Shown one piece after another: positions 1-13,218 of a stretch of 64,000 nucleotides of DNA. Position 1 is the first letter of the stretch, and every line of letters begins with the position of its first letter. Source of the DNA: Eledone cirrhosa (lineage: Eukaryota). The stretch covers positions 71,486,001 to 71,550,000 of the forward strand of contig OZ024742.1 in the NCBI GenBank assembly GCA_964016885.1, in the 5' to 3' direction. The position numbers were made by a program, and so were the translations under genes. Under the pieces are notes generated by a model. It did not search any database, was not told where the DNA came from, and worked only from the letters and a program-made list of their open reading frames with translations.

Positions 1-1243
1 AGTTGGATGCCCTTCCTAACACCAACCACATTTACAGTGTGGGTCTGGGAGGTTTTTACCGTGTTGCCTACACGGCCACATTACAGCGTGGACTGTGTGT
101 TTTTTTGTCGTGACACCTACACGATCTCATTTGTTTCGGCCTCGATGGCGCGGCACCAACATAACTTTACATAGAACGGGGTGGTGTGGATCGGGTGGGG
201 GTGGTGGTGGTGGGACGGGGTGTATTTTGTTAGAGATGCCTACTGGCTGGAGTAGGTTTTACTATATATTTAGGTACGGCGGGTCTTCTCTGTTACTGAG
301 TACCGCCAAAGGTCTCGGTCCAGTGACATTGTCTTGGAGAGGTGTAAGTGTGTGATGTCGGAGTTTATCAGCTCGTCCCAGGTTTTTCTAGGTCTGCCTA
401 TTCCGTGACTACCGTCTATCTTTATTGCCCTGCACTTTGTTATACAGCTATCGACTTTCATGCGCATCACGTGTCCATACCAACGTAGCCTTCTCTCGAG
501 TAAACAACATCTGATCCCTCTTATCTCTAATTTTTTCCTTAGTTCGTTTATGCTTTGCCGTTCACGTATATTACTGTTACACATCCAGCGGAGCATGCAA
601 GCTTCGTTCCTCTCTAGTCTGCGTATATCCTCTGCACACAATGCCCAGGTCTCACTGCCATGCAGCATTGCTGTTCGTATGCAGGCATCGTACAACCTGC
701 CTTTCATTTTTAGTGAGAACCCTTTAGCAGCTAATAGTGGTATAAGCTCTCTGAACTTTTTCCAACCAGTTCTGACTCTAGCTACAGTACTTTCAGAGCA
801 CCCTCCCCCACTGCTGATTTTATCGCCCAGGTAACGGAAGCTGTCCACTATTTCTATAGAACCCTCTGCGCAATTGAAAGAGCTAGTATTTTGTGGGCAC
901 TTGCTGCTACTTATTGCACCAGAGCACCGGCCACATGTAAAATCTATGTTCTTAGTTAGCTTACCTGTGATCCCACTACATCTTTTATGCACCCATACTT
1001 TGCATTTAGGACATAAAATGGAGTTTCTACCTACGCCTTTCCTACACACCGAGCACGACCATTTCCCAGAAGGGACCGCCGCCTTGTTTTCTTTCCTACA
1101 AACTAGTACTTTGGTCTTAGCCAGGTTAATTTTAAGTCCTTTTGACTCTAGGCCGTGCTTCCATGTTTGGAATTTCTTCTCTAGCTCGGCCATTGATTCC
1201 GCTATGAGTGTCAGGTCGTCTGCGTATAGGAGTTCCCATGGGC
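1..1243 (-). mobile_element. RTE-clade LINE, 3' portion (C-terminal RT, PHD-like finger, 3' UTR), cut off at its 5' side
   Basis: ORF 270-1298 contains CPWELLYADD, KTK, a C4HC3 finger, FRYLG, HGSETW, RRLRWYGHV and GRPRKTW, collinear with the 48372-51491 protein. Homology stops at ~1243. Bases 1-130 carry the GGATGCCCTTCCTAACACCAACC 3' UTR motif shared with the other RTE copies. Confidence 0.93.
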
Positions 1244-1381
1244 ACATGTGTGTGTATATTACACACACATAATAATAAATGTGAAGACTAAAATCCAAAG
1301 AGGGCTCGATAAGGATAAATATATATCAAATATATATATATAAGAACCCTAGAGCAAATATTTATTAAAATAACAGATTAA

Positions 1382-1432
1382 AGTTTAAGCAAAGAATCGC
1401 TGCTTTCACCCTTCACAGGATCTTCTGAAACT
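1382..1432 (-). ncRNA. Hammerhead-ribozyme-like motif (type I, variant core) in the PLE pLTR
   Basis: Minus strand reads AGTTT-CAGAAGA-TCCT GTGA AGGG T-GAAA-GCA..TGC-T-T-AAACT, so stems I, II and III can all pair. The core is CAGAAGA rather than CUGANGA. Confidence 0.5.
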
Positions 1433-2351
1433 AAAAGAAAAATTAATCTGTGAATGCAGAAGTAAATATTTTGAAAAACATTGCAACCGAAGGAAAACAG
1501 GAAGACAATACTTTGGTTCGTAAAGACGTTTCCTGGCAACGAAAAGAAAAAAAGTGAGGATAATACGTCGTTATTGGAACGATGAGAACAAATACATGCA
1601 AAGACAAAACCATGTTTATGCTATAAATGGAGTCGTAGACTAATATTCTATTTAGGAAACCGAATGATTCTCAGCTTCGGAGTTAAGAATAATGTAACTA
1701 AATTAGTAGAACGAAAAAGACAGAGGTTATTAAAGTAATAATAATTACATATATACATTCACACAACTATATATGTACATACACGTGCATACATGAAAAC
1801 ACATGCCATGCATGCAAATACATGCACGTACACATAAACACGCGCACACATACGAACGTATACACCAAATACACATATAAATATGTGTGTGTGTGTATGT
1901 ATACATATAATTATATAAACGTATATAAATATACACACATAAATATATACACACATAAATATATAACGCACGCATGCACATAACTACAGGTAAATACACG
2001 TATGTTCACCAAATGTACACATACCAAAACTCAATGTACACATATACACACACAAAAACGAAATACACATATACTCATAACCAAATACACACATACCAGT
2101 ATATATAATATATACACCTATAGCAAATACAAGCATATATACGTACAAGAAAGTATACATACCTCCACAAAACATACGGCAAAGGTATACTTACCTATAC
2201 AAATAAGTAATAGTATAAACATAAAATATACTTAGTTACCACATCAAGACGTAAATTATCCGCGTATTGTTCGTACTATCTGTTAGGGTATAATGTGGGG
2301 CTGTAATACAGGAAAGTTTTATGCAATTTGTGTTTACAAGCCGAAATAGCC

Positions 2352-3715
2352 TCAGATTTTTTGTTTAAGATCTTGATCATTGGCGTAGAGTATTTCCAGG
2401 GCTTCAGCGGTGCAAAAATCACAAGGTCTTTTATTTCCGTTATACGATCTAGCTTTAGCTAGGATCTCCCAGTGTAACCCATATTGGGTGTGGTTGTCTT
2501 TTAGAGTCCAGATATAAGCTGAAAGTGACATCATATTCCTTTTTAAAGGGTTAAGAAAAGAATGGGTGTGCATGTAAAGACGGTGCTTGAATCTATTGGC
2601 GGTTAACTCTATGTAGGCCCTACTAGATGTGGGTGTTTCGACCTTACATTTTTATGTAGACATTGTTACTGGAGAGGCATTTCCCGAATAGAGGGCAGTC
2701 AACCCAATTCCTACAATTACAGTTAGTACTAGCTACAGGGTTGCACGTGTTCCTACGGCTAGGTAACTTAGCTAAATTTGAAGCAGTGATGTTTTGTGCA
2801 AAGTTAAGAGTCGTGGAGTAAGATATTTTAATAGCATTTCTATTAAAAATGTTATATTTATGTGCTGAGGGGAAATGCTTCTTAATAAGGGAGAGAAAGA
2901 TCTTAGCTAATGGTGTGGCCACCTTCATATTATATGGTGGGTTATACCATATAATGCGTCGGGATCTATTTTTCCTAGGTTTATGCTCATACTTAGTATA
3001 TGCTACCTTATCAACAAATCCACTGCGAGCAAGAGCTTCATTGTAATATGTGGAATGGTCGGTGAAAATATGCTTGTTTGTAGATAGATGGGAAAGCCTC
3101 AGAGAAACGTTTCTTACCATGTTCTTGGTTATGCTGACAGGATGGTTAGAATGCTTACTGATGTAATTAAGCGTATCATTCGGCTTTCTATATGGGTAGT
3201 GCAAGCCATTCGACAAATTGAGGGTAATGTCAAGGTAGTTTACGACCGAAAGGTTGACCTCAACTTGTATGGAGAGGTTGAAGCCTTTAAAGAAGGCTGG
3301 GAGTTCTTTTCTAAACCTGTTGCAAGCGCAGGGACCGCACTTTGTCATGGTCAAAAGACCGTCATCGCGGTACAAACGACCGCTCACGTTAGAAGGAAAA
3401 GGCCAATAAGATCTGTAACCTCTGCTGAATCGCTGGCGCCCATACTCACGTCGAATGGGGTTCGATTAGAATTTTTTTATCCAAATAGAGTCATCAAAAT
3501 TAATCACTGATTTAGGGGCATTGAGGATGACATCAACTTCGAAATCCTTAACCACTGAGTGTTTTAGCAAAATTAATAGCTCTAAGAAGAAGTGGTAAAG
3601 TGATGGAGGAGTAGTAGTTGTTGATGTCGAATTGGATAAAACGGCAATGTTCCTTGTTGCATATGCCGTTGAACCAATCAATCACCGCGAAATAATTATT
3701 CCACAGTGCAAGAGG
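2352..3715 (-). pseudogene. Frameshifted PLE reverse transcriptase plus GIY-YIG endonuclease
   Basis: ORF-track pieces 3548-3760, 3466-3681, 2644-3387 and 2352-2573 are consecutive parts of one RT-EN protein, broken by frameshifts, stops and an internal deletion. Confidence 0.85.
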
Positions 3716-4116
3716 GGCCGCATGTATTTGCATGCATGGCGTGTGTTTTCGCGCATGCACGTGTATGTACAGATATAGTTGTGTGTATGCATATATGTAA
3801 TTATTATTACTTTAATAACCTCTGTCTTTTTCGTTCTATTAATTTAGTTACATTATTCTTAACTCCGAAGCTGAGAATCATTCGGTTTCCTAAATAGAAT
3901 ATTAGTCTACGACTCCATTTATACCATAAACATGGTTTTGTCTTTGCGTGTATTTGTTCTCATTGCTCCCCATAACGACGTATTATCCTCACTTTTTTTC
4001 CGTTCATTGCCAGGGAATGTCTTCACGAACCAAAGTATTGTCTTCCTGTTTTCCCTCGGTTGACTGTTTTTTTCAAAATATTTATTTCTGCGCTCACAGA
4101 TTGATTTTTTTTTTTT

Positions 4117-4163
4117 AGTTTCAGAAGATCCCGGGGTGAAAGCAGCGATTCTTTGCTTAAACT
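4117..4163 (+). ncRNA. Second copy of the hammerhead-like motif, in the inverted pLTR
   Basis: AGTTT-CAGAAGA-TCCCGGGGT-GAAA-GCAGCGATTCTTTGC-TT-AAACT. Stem II is shortened relative to the 1382-1432 copy. Confidence 0.45.
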
Positions 4164-4185
4164 TTAATCTGTTATTTTAATAAAT

Positions 4186-4343
4186 ATGTGTGTGTGTGTG
4201 TATTATATATATATATATATATACATGTGTGTGTATATTACATATATACACGTGTGTGTATATTACATATATACACGTGTGTGTATATTACATATATACA
4301 TTTGTGTGTGTATATTACATATATACATTTGTGTGTATATCAC

Positions 4344-4392
<49 letters not shown>

Positions 4393-4470
4393 TTTGTGTG
4401 TGTATCTTACATATATATAATCATGTGTGTTTATATTACATATATGCATTTGTGTGTATATTACATATAC
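4186..4470. repeat. TG/TA compound micro/minisatellite
   Basis: Repeated GTGTGTATATTACATATATAC units and (TA)n. The same unit appears at ~1247-1263 on the other side of the PLE. Confidence 0.9.
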
Positions 4471-4472
4471 AT

Positions 4473-4630
4473 GAAGGCACATGGTTTAGTAGTTAGAGCA
4501 TTGGCCTTGCAATCGAAAGGTTGTGAGTTCAATTCTCAGACCGGGTGATGTGTTGTGTCCTTGAGCAAGACACTTTATTTCACATTGCTCCAGTTTACTC
4601 AGATGTAGAAATGAGATGATAGGGACTGGG
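4473..4630 (+). mobile_element. tRNA-derived SINE with CORE-like domain (family A), tail missing
   Basis: A-box-like TGGTTTAGTAG, B-box-like GAGTTCAATTC, then TGTGTCCTTGAGCAAGACACTT, which resembles the CORE domain. Near-identical copies lie at 41.2-41.5, 42.2 and 63.6 kb. Confidence 0.85.
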
Positions 4631-5069
4631 AAGGTTCTTAGATGTATCGTAGAACTAAGCTCATTTTCAGATAGTTGTATCAATACGCTTAAACCAAAAT
4701 TAGCACTGACTGAGCATATCTCTAATTAAATTAAATTCTAGCTATAATCATGTTGTCTTTTTCTACATTCAGGATTACGTTATCCAGTTTGTCTTTGTTT
4801 TTTTTTAAAGAGGGAGAGATGGCTACTATTTCTAGTAAACCAACCAACTACAAAGAGGCTGTCTCATTGGTTAGATCGCGTTAGGATTGTTTATTTTGTT
4901 TGTTTTGTTTGTTTTGCGGCTCTGCTCCACACATCTACCATATTGAACATGTTATGTCTCCCTGTCATGCAGCACCACACTACTTACATATATATTACAG
5001 TCTATATTTTATACACACACAAATGAAGTAACCATGCTTCGTCAGATGTGCAGTGTAAATGTGAGAGAA

Positions 5070-5375
5070 AGACAAAGCTAGTATGAACTGAGGGACAAGT
5101 TGCGTTTAAAAAGAATTTGAAGTGGCATGCAAGAATGTGATATGCATGGTTGATGATCATTGAGTGAAGAAGTGCTAGGAAATCCCAGTGGAAGGAAACC
5201 ACAGTAGAGGTAGACCAATGAAAGAACTGGGCTGAGGTGTTGAGAGCTGATCTCAAATCGCTGAGACTCAGAGATGACGAAGGAATGTGGCATGTAGAGA
5301 GATGCTGTGCTGAAAAGGACCCATCCAACTCATGCAAGCATGGAAAAAGGGATATAAAAACAATGATGATGAAAA
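5070..5375 (+). mobile_element. Old RTE 3' fragment
   Basis: Decayed GRP-region coding remnant, followed by CCATCCAACTCATGCAAGCATGGAAAA and a (GAT)n tail like the RTE 3' end. Confidence 0.65.
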
Positions 5376-5774
5376 AAACGGTGATGACAGCAACCTTTGC
5401 TCAATTGATCTAACAACCAAATGTTACTTTTAACCAATCCTGTCTCTTCTCTCATAATCTTTCTTATAAGGGTTAGCTGTGAAATGGGGTGAGAGGGGGG
5501 GGGGGGGTATATAGCCTTTGCTGATTTATCTATTTATATTTTCTTCCTCAAATTGAATTCTTCTGTCTTTGAACTTTTACATGCCTCCATCAAGATGGCT
5601 AATCAACCTTTATCATTATTACTTCTACTATAGCAGGATGTCACAGTTCTGCTACCCTCCCAGCTCCATGCTCCCCTATTCCCTATTTTAGTGTGCTATA
5701 TTTAGTGTCAGATGGGTTTAAGTACAAGTCTGTTGCTCCACAGCTTAATTAATCACTCCCCCCTCCTCACTCCC

Positions 5775-5804
5775 CTCTCTCTCTCTCTCACTCTCTCTCT
5801 CTCA

Positions 5805-5839
<35 letters not shown>

Positions 5840-5841
5840 TG

Positions 5842-5888
<47 letters not shown>

Positions 5889-5895
5889 GTCTCTC

Positions 5896-5944
<49 letters not shown>

Positions 5945-6010
5945 CTCTTTCTCTCTCTCTCTCTACACACACACGCCCTCTCTACATCTACACACGCGCT
6001 CTCTCTCTCT
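5775..6010. repeat. (TC)n/(TCTG)n microsatellite
   Basis: Directly visible. Confidence 0.97.
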
Positions 6011-6402
6011 CCATTTAAACTGTCTACATAATTCCCACTCATTTATAGTTTGTCTCTGTCAAACACTTCCTATCATTTACTCTCTCGTTTCCCTTCCAAA
6101 CCTATTTCTCACACCCATCTCTCTTAGTCTAGTTCTCAATACCACAGGTGACCTAGTTCTCAATGTCAATTAACCTGCTTTCAGGATGTCACACTTGGCC
6201 TACTTCTTGTTCACACTTGACCTACTTCTGGTTCACACTTGACCAACTTCTTGGTGTTCTAAATAAATGATTGAAAGAAAGAAAGAGAAATCTTAGGGTT
6301 AGGAGGCAGTTGAATAAATGAAATCTTCCACTTGCTTCCCTTAACATATCCCTTTGATGTCAAGCCACCTAAAACCAGCCAAGGTTTGACTTCAACATCA
6401 AT

Positions 6403-9400
6403 TTTTTTTTTTTTTTTAAAACCCTTTAGTCTTTATTGTGTTATATCAGCTGAAAGAATGGTATTTAACTAATGTATTGGTATGCGATGGGGCCCACCCA
6501 CAGCCACGGCGGACAGAATGGAGAAGGCTTTTCCCCGGAGGACGGCAACTTGCGAGGCTCACATCTGCAGCTGGCCAGCTCAGCGCCTATGGTGGTGAGT
6601 AAGGAGGTAGCCCTGGGCCCGAGGACACCAGAAGTCTCCACTGCCAGGGGAACGACCGCAAACCTGTCGGAGAGCGACCGATATTTGAGGAGTTTGGCTC
6701 CCTCAGCCAGACGTGCAGCAGAACCTGAGTCAGTCGCAGTGCACCAGGTTGCGGCTGCAGAAAGTGTCGGTGCAAGTGGCACTCCAGATGAGGGGTTTGC
6801 CACCGCAGAACGGGAAGATGGTCATGCCATCTGGCCTTTTTCCGTCCCCTCGATCCAGCCCCACCAGCTCGAGCTGGGAAGGGAAGCCTGCAACGTCCAA
6901 GCCATGCTTGAGGGCAGCATGGCGTGGAATGCGGCCGGCACTGTGGCGATAGGAAAGCGGGTGGAGGCCGAAAGAGTCCACGGCGGAACCGCAGTGACAT
7001 TGGTGTGGCTGGCAAATCCGGAGGCCGAGCCTCAGGGAAACGCCGATTCGCAGGCTATGGTTGTCTAGCTGCGTGCCAGTGGAGAAAGAAGGAGGGCAGA
7101 GCATGGAGCCAGGCACCACTGTGGGGTTTGGAGGCCACATGAAAACAAGCAAGGCGGTGCTGGTCGAGCTGGTGCGTGAGCCTGTCTGAGGCTAGGCTGC
7201 ACTGGATGGCATCCCAAGTGCGTTGGAGGGACTTAACGTCAACAGGGGGAGAAGGAGGAGGGACGTCTACTAGGCTAAGTCCCAGCCGGTCCCACGTCTC
7301 ACAGGCGGCCTCATGTTCTCTGAACACATAGGGTTCTGTTGTGTTTTGAAGAACCCTGCTGACGAGGACGCGGAACGAAGTTACCGACGAAAGATACGCC
7401 GGCAAAGCTAGTGAGATCGGGGACCAGAGGCCAAGGCCGCCATACCTGACCGGTAAAGTGGCTTGTTGCCACCCTATGTCGTCAAACTTGACGTTGCATA
7501 TCCCCTCGACTGCTTCTCGGATACGAGGAGAGATGTCTGGGTGTAGCATGGAGCGCTGCAGAGTGTATAGAGGAGCTTCGGCATGGTGAAGCAGTTCCTC
7601 AGCAGAAAGAGAGCTGAGTGGCTGTCAATCAAGCCCAGTCAGCTCGTGAGAGTCTGGAGCTGTTGAAGCCTGGACCTGATGGTGGAGCGGATGGCCAGCG
7701 GGTGGATCGGTGACCCGAGGATGAGGACATCCTCTTTGGGGTTCACCTGAACCTGGCGGAGAATGGACTGCATGTCCAAGACGGAGACTGCAAAGCTCAC
7801 AGCATCGAGGCTGACGTTCACCACCTCCGACTTGGCCGAGTTGACCTGGAGGCCGATTCCCGCCAGGGCAGGAATCACCAATTGAAGGTCTTGGCAGACC
7901 GTCCGTACGGGCCCGCCTAACGTAGCATCATCCAGATACCAAACGTTGAGAGGCGCCGTGATACTCCGGGTGATGTGGTCAATACCAAGGGCGAACAGGA
8001 GGGGTCCCAAAGAGTCGCCCTGTTGGACCCCAGTAGCCGAGGGTATGACCGTATCAGCAGCTAGGAGCATGCTCGAGGCTCCATATGACAGGTAGGCCAG
8101 CGAGTAGGCAGAGGGGGCTCAGCTGAGGCAGGCCTCGAGCAGATGATCCCGGCATAAAGAGTTAAAGGCATTCCTCATGTCAAGCTTGACAATGAGGTGC
8201 CTGGAGTCCCTGGATGCCGGTACAGATGGACAGCTGCTGAAGAACTGCCTGATTGCATGAGCGGCTCCCTCACAGCCACCGGACACGCCGACACCCAGTT
8301 GCACCGGACTAAACTCCTCACCCAGTTCGTGTGTGACGGACTTGCAGATCCCCTTGGCAGCCAGCCTCCGGAAGACATTGCCCACAGCAATGGGGCGTAT
8401 GCCACCCTCTTTCTTCCTAAGAGTGGTGAGGCTGGCCGAAAAAAAAGAGGCACCATATGAATGAGCCTATTGGTGAGCGCCACAATTGCACTCAGAAGGC
8501 GGCGCTCGGCCTCAGCGGAGAGGGGGGATGTCAACTCCTTGAGGTGGCCTGGTCGGAGACCATCAACACCTCCGTAGCTGCTAGCTGGGAAGGACCTGAT
8601 GGCGGACATGGTATCTGCATCAGTAGCCACAAGAAGCAGGTGGGGGTATGGGTCTGAGATCAGTGGGTGGCTCAGGGTGTTTGAGCGGCAGAGCAGCCAT
8701 GACCTCCTCGGTGGGTTGGAGGACAGTGTCCTCTGAGGCAACAACTCTGACTGCGGCCGAGACATCACCCATGATAAGCTTTGCGTTTACCTGGTCACGC
8801 AAACGCTTGGCGCTGGCCTCGGGGGTGGAGGATAGGGGGTACCTGAGGGTGGGGTGTGTGGAATCCCTGGGCACGCTTGGAATGGGCACTCGCCCAAATG
8901 ACGAGACATTGGCCTTGACTAAGGCTGCTGTTGACCAGCTGCCCCGGTCAGTGCCAGAGCTGGGGAGGCCGAGGGCGAGTGGGGCGAAATAGAACAGCCG
9001 CTCCCAGTCACTGGCTCGGTTGGAGTCCAAGGCGCTCTCAATCAAGGAAACGAGGGCATTGGCTACCAGCACCTGTGCCGCTCTTGGGGATCCTGAGTGG
9101 GATCTTCCGGAGCCGCCTGAGCCGAGCGATGTTGACCAGTGAGGCTCAGGCGTCAGGCAAGCTCGCTGTCCCATCTGGTGGTGTGCCAGACAGTCGTGGT
9201 TGGGAAGACGTGGAGAAGAGGCAGCTCCTGCACCTCCACGCTGCGAGAGCATTGGAAGCTCGATGAGTCAAGCCAATGCAGTTCCGGCCCCTCTTCCGTT
9301 TGTTAGTGGTGCTGCAGGTGTCGATTTGGAGGGGTGGGGCGTGGGACCGGGGGCTGGGGCACCGAGCGGCATCAGGGGTGTGTGGGTGGAAGGGATAGTG

Positions 9401-9600
9401 CTGGTAAGAGGGCAGCATAGCTCACCTATATATATGGAGGTGCCAGAAAACGAGAGCGAAAAGGAGCTGCATGGAAGGTAGAATGGTAGTAAATGAATGA
9501 GTGAATGGATGGATGTACACAAAAAAAGGGGGGGGGGGGAGAAAACAAGGCGTTGTTCCCAGCGGAAAGACCCAGAGTTCAGCATGCACACATGTGAGCA
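6403..9600 (-). mobile_element. CRE-clade non-LTR retrotransposon (RT plus restriction-like endonuclease), frameshifted
   Basis: Consecutive minus-strand ORF pieces: MGNVFRRLAAK, QLGVGVSGGCEGAAHA, LDMRNAFNSL, GVQQGDSLGPLLF, WYLDDATLGG, QATLPVRYGGLG, CHCG..HPL..RH, RPDGMTIFPF..LIW, AARLAEGAKLLKY, VPLAVETSGVLG. AATAAA (minus, ~6432-6437) and poly(A) at ~6403-6417. GC is far above the flanks. The 5' boundary is uncertain. Confidence 0.85.
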
Positions 9601-10354
9601 ACTGAGCAGTTTGTCATAGGACCTAGTGGCTGGTGGTGAGTCACTGATGCTGGAGGTTGGCTCCCTCTTGTTAATGGTAGAGTTGTTGTTGTTAATGACA
9701 CTGTTGTCGTCGTTGCCTTCCTCTTGTTAATGGTGAACATATAGAGCGAAATACAAAATCCACCAGCAGACAATTATATAAAAAAAGTATCTAGAATGAT
9801 ACAATGCCGTTTGTTTTAAAGGGTTTATATTTATTAGAATGTAGTTTGGTTGAAGCATTGTGCATAGTGTATAATGTAGAAAATGTTTTAAGAAGGCTAA
9901 GACAATGTGAAATAGACTGTAAAATTTAGTTTAAATGAAGGCAACGAAGAAGTTTGTGTTATTTATTATTATTATTTGTGTATTTATTTTTTTTTTTCTT
10001 CCTAATATTTCGGGAACTCTCAGAGCAAAATGTTCATGTCAAATTTAAAATTGAAAAATTACTTTCAAGCACTGTTTTGACGTTTGCTGTAGTATCTGCG
10101 AGAAGCAGGATTGCCAAATATAGAATCAAATTGAAGCAAATGATATTTATCTAAAAACCTACCATCATAATTCTATGAATGAATCTATAAGTTATGTGGC
10201 AAATACTAAATTAATAATGAGGAAGTTAGTTATATAACTAAATCCCTACAAATTCTTGATTACATTTTAAAATATTTGAAAATCATAAGCAGCGATTTTC
10301 ATTAGAAATATGATACAAAAAGGTTAAATAATCTAATTTATTATGACTAATAAG

Positions 10355-10735
10355 GTTATGGGTTCAGTTCCTGGACGAGGCGGCACATTTTGTTTTTGAG
10401 CAAGACACTTCATTTCATGTTGCTTTTCATGATAAAACTGGGACCCCTATCATTAAAATACCTCAAAAGCATCCTCTGATACATCCTTGTAAGAAGCCAG
10501 TTAAACCTACATAATTGTATACTATAACATGATAGGAGTGGGTCCCCTACCATTCAAACACCTAAGAAAACTCCTCTGATACAACATTGTAGGAGGCTAA
10601 CTAAACCTACATAGGTGTAAGCTGTTACAACAATATGATAGGACTAGGGTCCCTATCATTAAAACACACAAGAAACACCCTACGAAATACAACCTCATAG
10701 GAGACCAGCTAAACCTACATGAGTGTGAGCTGTAA
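10355..10735 (+). mobile_element. Decayed family-A SINE with three tandem ~105-bp tail modules
   Basis: GGGTTCAGTTCC..TTGAGCAAGACACTT head, then three copies of ATGATAGGAC..GTCCCTATCATTAAAA..CCAGCTAAACCTACAT. Confidence 0.7.
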
Positions 10736-11407
10736 ATTTTATCTCTACAAATCATAATGAAATACATATTTATTATATGGAGAAACCATAATGAAATATA
10801 ATTATCATATTTTTTAAAATTCATTTACTTGTTTGAGTTATTGGACTATGGCCAGGAATTAGTAACAATGTCTTGTGTTTTCATTATTAAGTTGGTGTTT
10901 TGACAAGGTTTTTTCATAAAATTAGGATCGAATATTTTTAGATAAATATAAACACTTTAACAGTTTTGTATTGTAAAATCAAGCGTGGTTTCAGGGGGTT
11001 TGGTATTATAAGGGTTAATACAAATGGGCTTGAATTTGTTTGTATATAGGTCTGCTTGACAGGGATGACCTTGGGCTAAAAAATCTATATATTACTAAAA
11101 CTCTGCGATTGCTTGCTTGCTTGTAATGTAATGTAATACAGCCAAAGGGGTGCATAAGGGAAAAATACTTTGAAAGGAAGTTGACCCTGAAATGTGAATA
11201 CAAATGGAATAAAACAAGTTTCGTGTAAATCGGAGCACAGGTTCCCGAGATATGGGGTTTTTCCAGGTACCTTCATAAACTGAGAGAGAGAAGGATAGAG
11301 AGAAAGAGATAGTGGTTGTAAGAGAGACATAGAGAGAGGGAGAGGACACAGTGAAGGAGAATGGAAGAGAGAGACAGAGAGAGAGAGAGAGAGATGGTGT
11401 TGTTGTG

Positions 11408-11484
<77 letters not shown>

Positions 11485-12359
11485 ATGTCTATGACCAGTG
11501 TATATAGATCAGACACCCACATATATATGTATACTCACACATATACATACATATATATATATATAAGTATACACACACACACATTTATATATATATGTAT
11601 ATAAGAAAATGTTCAGGACCCCGACGGCAGAGCTCAAGCCTTTTTGACGGCTATTTCTGGTGCGTTAATGGTCCACCTGGTTCCTTACCACATTTCCTTT
11701 GTTATATATATATATATGTATATATATATGGGCCTTCCAGTTTCATTTCACATTATATACATGTCTTTGTATATTTTAATTATTTAAAAATTATTTTTAA
11801 GTGAACATGATTTAAAAAAATATTTTGAAGCGAACGTAACCTAACTGGTCATGGGTGGTCTAGTAACTACTATAGCATTGTATCTGTGTCTTGCATAGAT
11901 CTGCTTGATCAGGGATGATCTTGGGCTAAATAATTGCTACTGTAACATTGTAACTGAGTTGTACATAGATCTGCTTGATCAGGGATGACCTAGCTCTAAA
12001 TAATAACTATTGTTGCACTGTATCTAATAAGAAAGATTTGTAAAAGATGAAGCTTGTGACAGTTGCCATGAACCATTATACGACGCCACCATAAATATTT
12101 CATATACCAGAATATCATGTGGATATCTTACGCATAAATATCATGTAGATATCCTGCACTCATAAATATCATCTGGATATCCTACACTCATAAATATCAT
12201 CTGGATATCCTACACTCATAAAACTAATCAGAATATTTTAAGAACATCTTCATTACAGAAATCGGTGCAATATGAGATACTTGTAAACTGAATTACATTG
12301 AAATATCATGTGAATGTCACAAACGTAGAAATCATAATTGAAATATGAAATGAATATCA

Positions 12360-12490
<131 letters not shown>

Positions 12491-12579
12491 GTATATATAT
12501 ATAATTTAAGTATCATATGAGTACCACACAGGTGCACATACACAAGCACACAAACTATAATTGAAATATATGAATGTGA

Positions 12580-12750
12580 CATGCAGGCACAGCTGTATTG
12601 TTAAGAAGTTTGTTTTGCGACCATATGGTTTCAGGTTCAATCTACTGCATGGCACCTTGGGCTAGTGTCTTCTACTATAGTTTGGGTCAACGAAAGCCAT
12701 ATGGAAGAAATTTGGTAGACTGAAATGATATGGCAGCCCGTCAAAGAGAC
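12580..12750 (+). mobile_element. Decayed tRNA/CORE-like SINE
   Basis: GGTTCAATC..GGCACCTTGGGCTAGTGTCTT after an A-box-like remnant. Confidence 0.55.
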
Positions 12751-13218
12751 TGCTTTTCTTCTTCCTCTAACTAAGCCATTAAAATATGAAGTATCATTTG
12801 AATATTTTATATACATATATATCCCTAAACTATATCCAAATGATGTAATATCTAGAGTTAGGCATATCTTCTATTGCTCCACCTCATCATCATATTCTCT
12901 TACATGTCTAACTTTTTGCCCTCTTCTTATTGGTTTTTCTTCATTTTCTGCAAAAGCCTCTATGAAGGTAGTTTATTTACTAGAAATAAGTCGAATCATT
13001 CACAATTTTTCACTTCCATCTTTAAAAAATATGAAAAGGAAGTACATATGAGATAATGTATTGATATAAACTGTCTGAAAAGACGTGATGGTCATGGCCA
13101 GAATGTCTTTGATCATATTTCTGTTGCACCAGAACTGATTTGGGGCTAGACAACAATACCTCACTGTGGGAGTCAGTTGTTATTTATAGTTACTGGTCTC
13201 CAAGATGACATGTCAATG

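Larger units (their letters stand above)
1262..4187 (-). mobile_element. Penelope-like element (PLE), 5'-truncated, with inverted partial pLTR
   Basis: Minus-strand frames give the RT pieces IDWF..FIQFDINNYYSSI, FDVSMGA..AEVTDLIG, LYRDDGL, VNYLDITLNL..YRKPN and SNHP..WYNPPY. A CNCx5CPLxGKC linker and a decayed GIY-YIG region follow (2352-2660). 1358-1825 is an inverted copy of 3720-4187. Confidence 0.9.

Noticed and set aside
1745-2235. Short YI/CV/TH-rich ORFs here and at 4186, 5712, 11085, 12253, 35088, 53750 and 60148
   Set aside because: Microsatellite translations.
4473-4555. tRNA gene with TGC-containing loop
   Set aside because: There is no acceptor stem and it continues into the CORE-like domain in several copies, so it is a SINE head.
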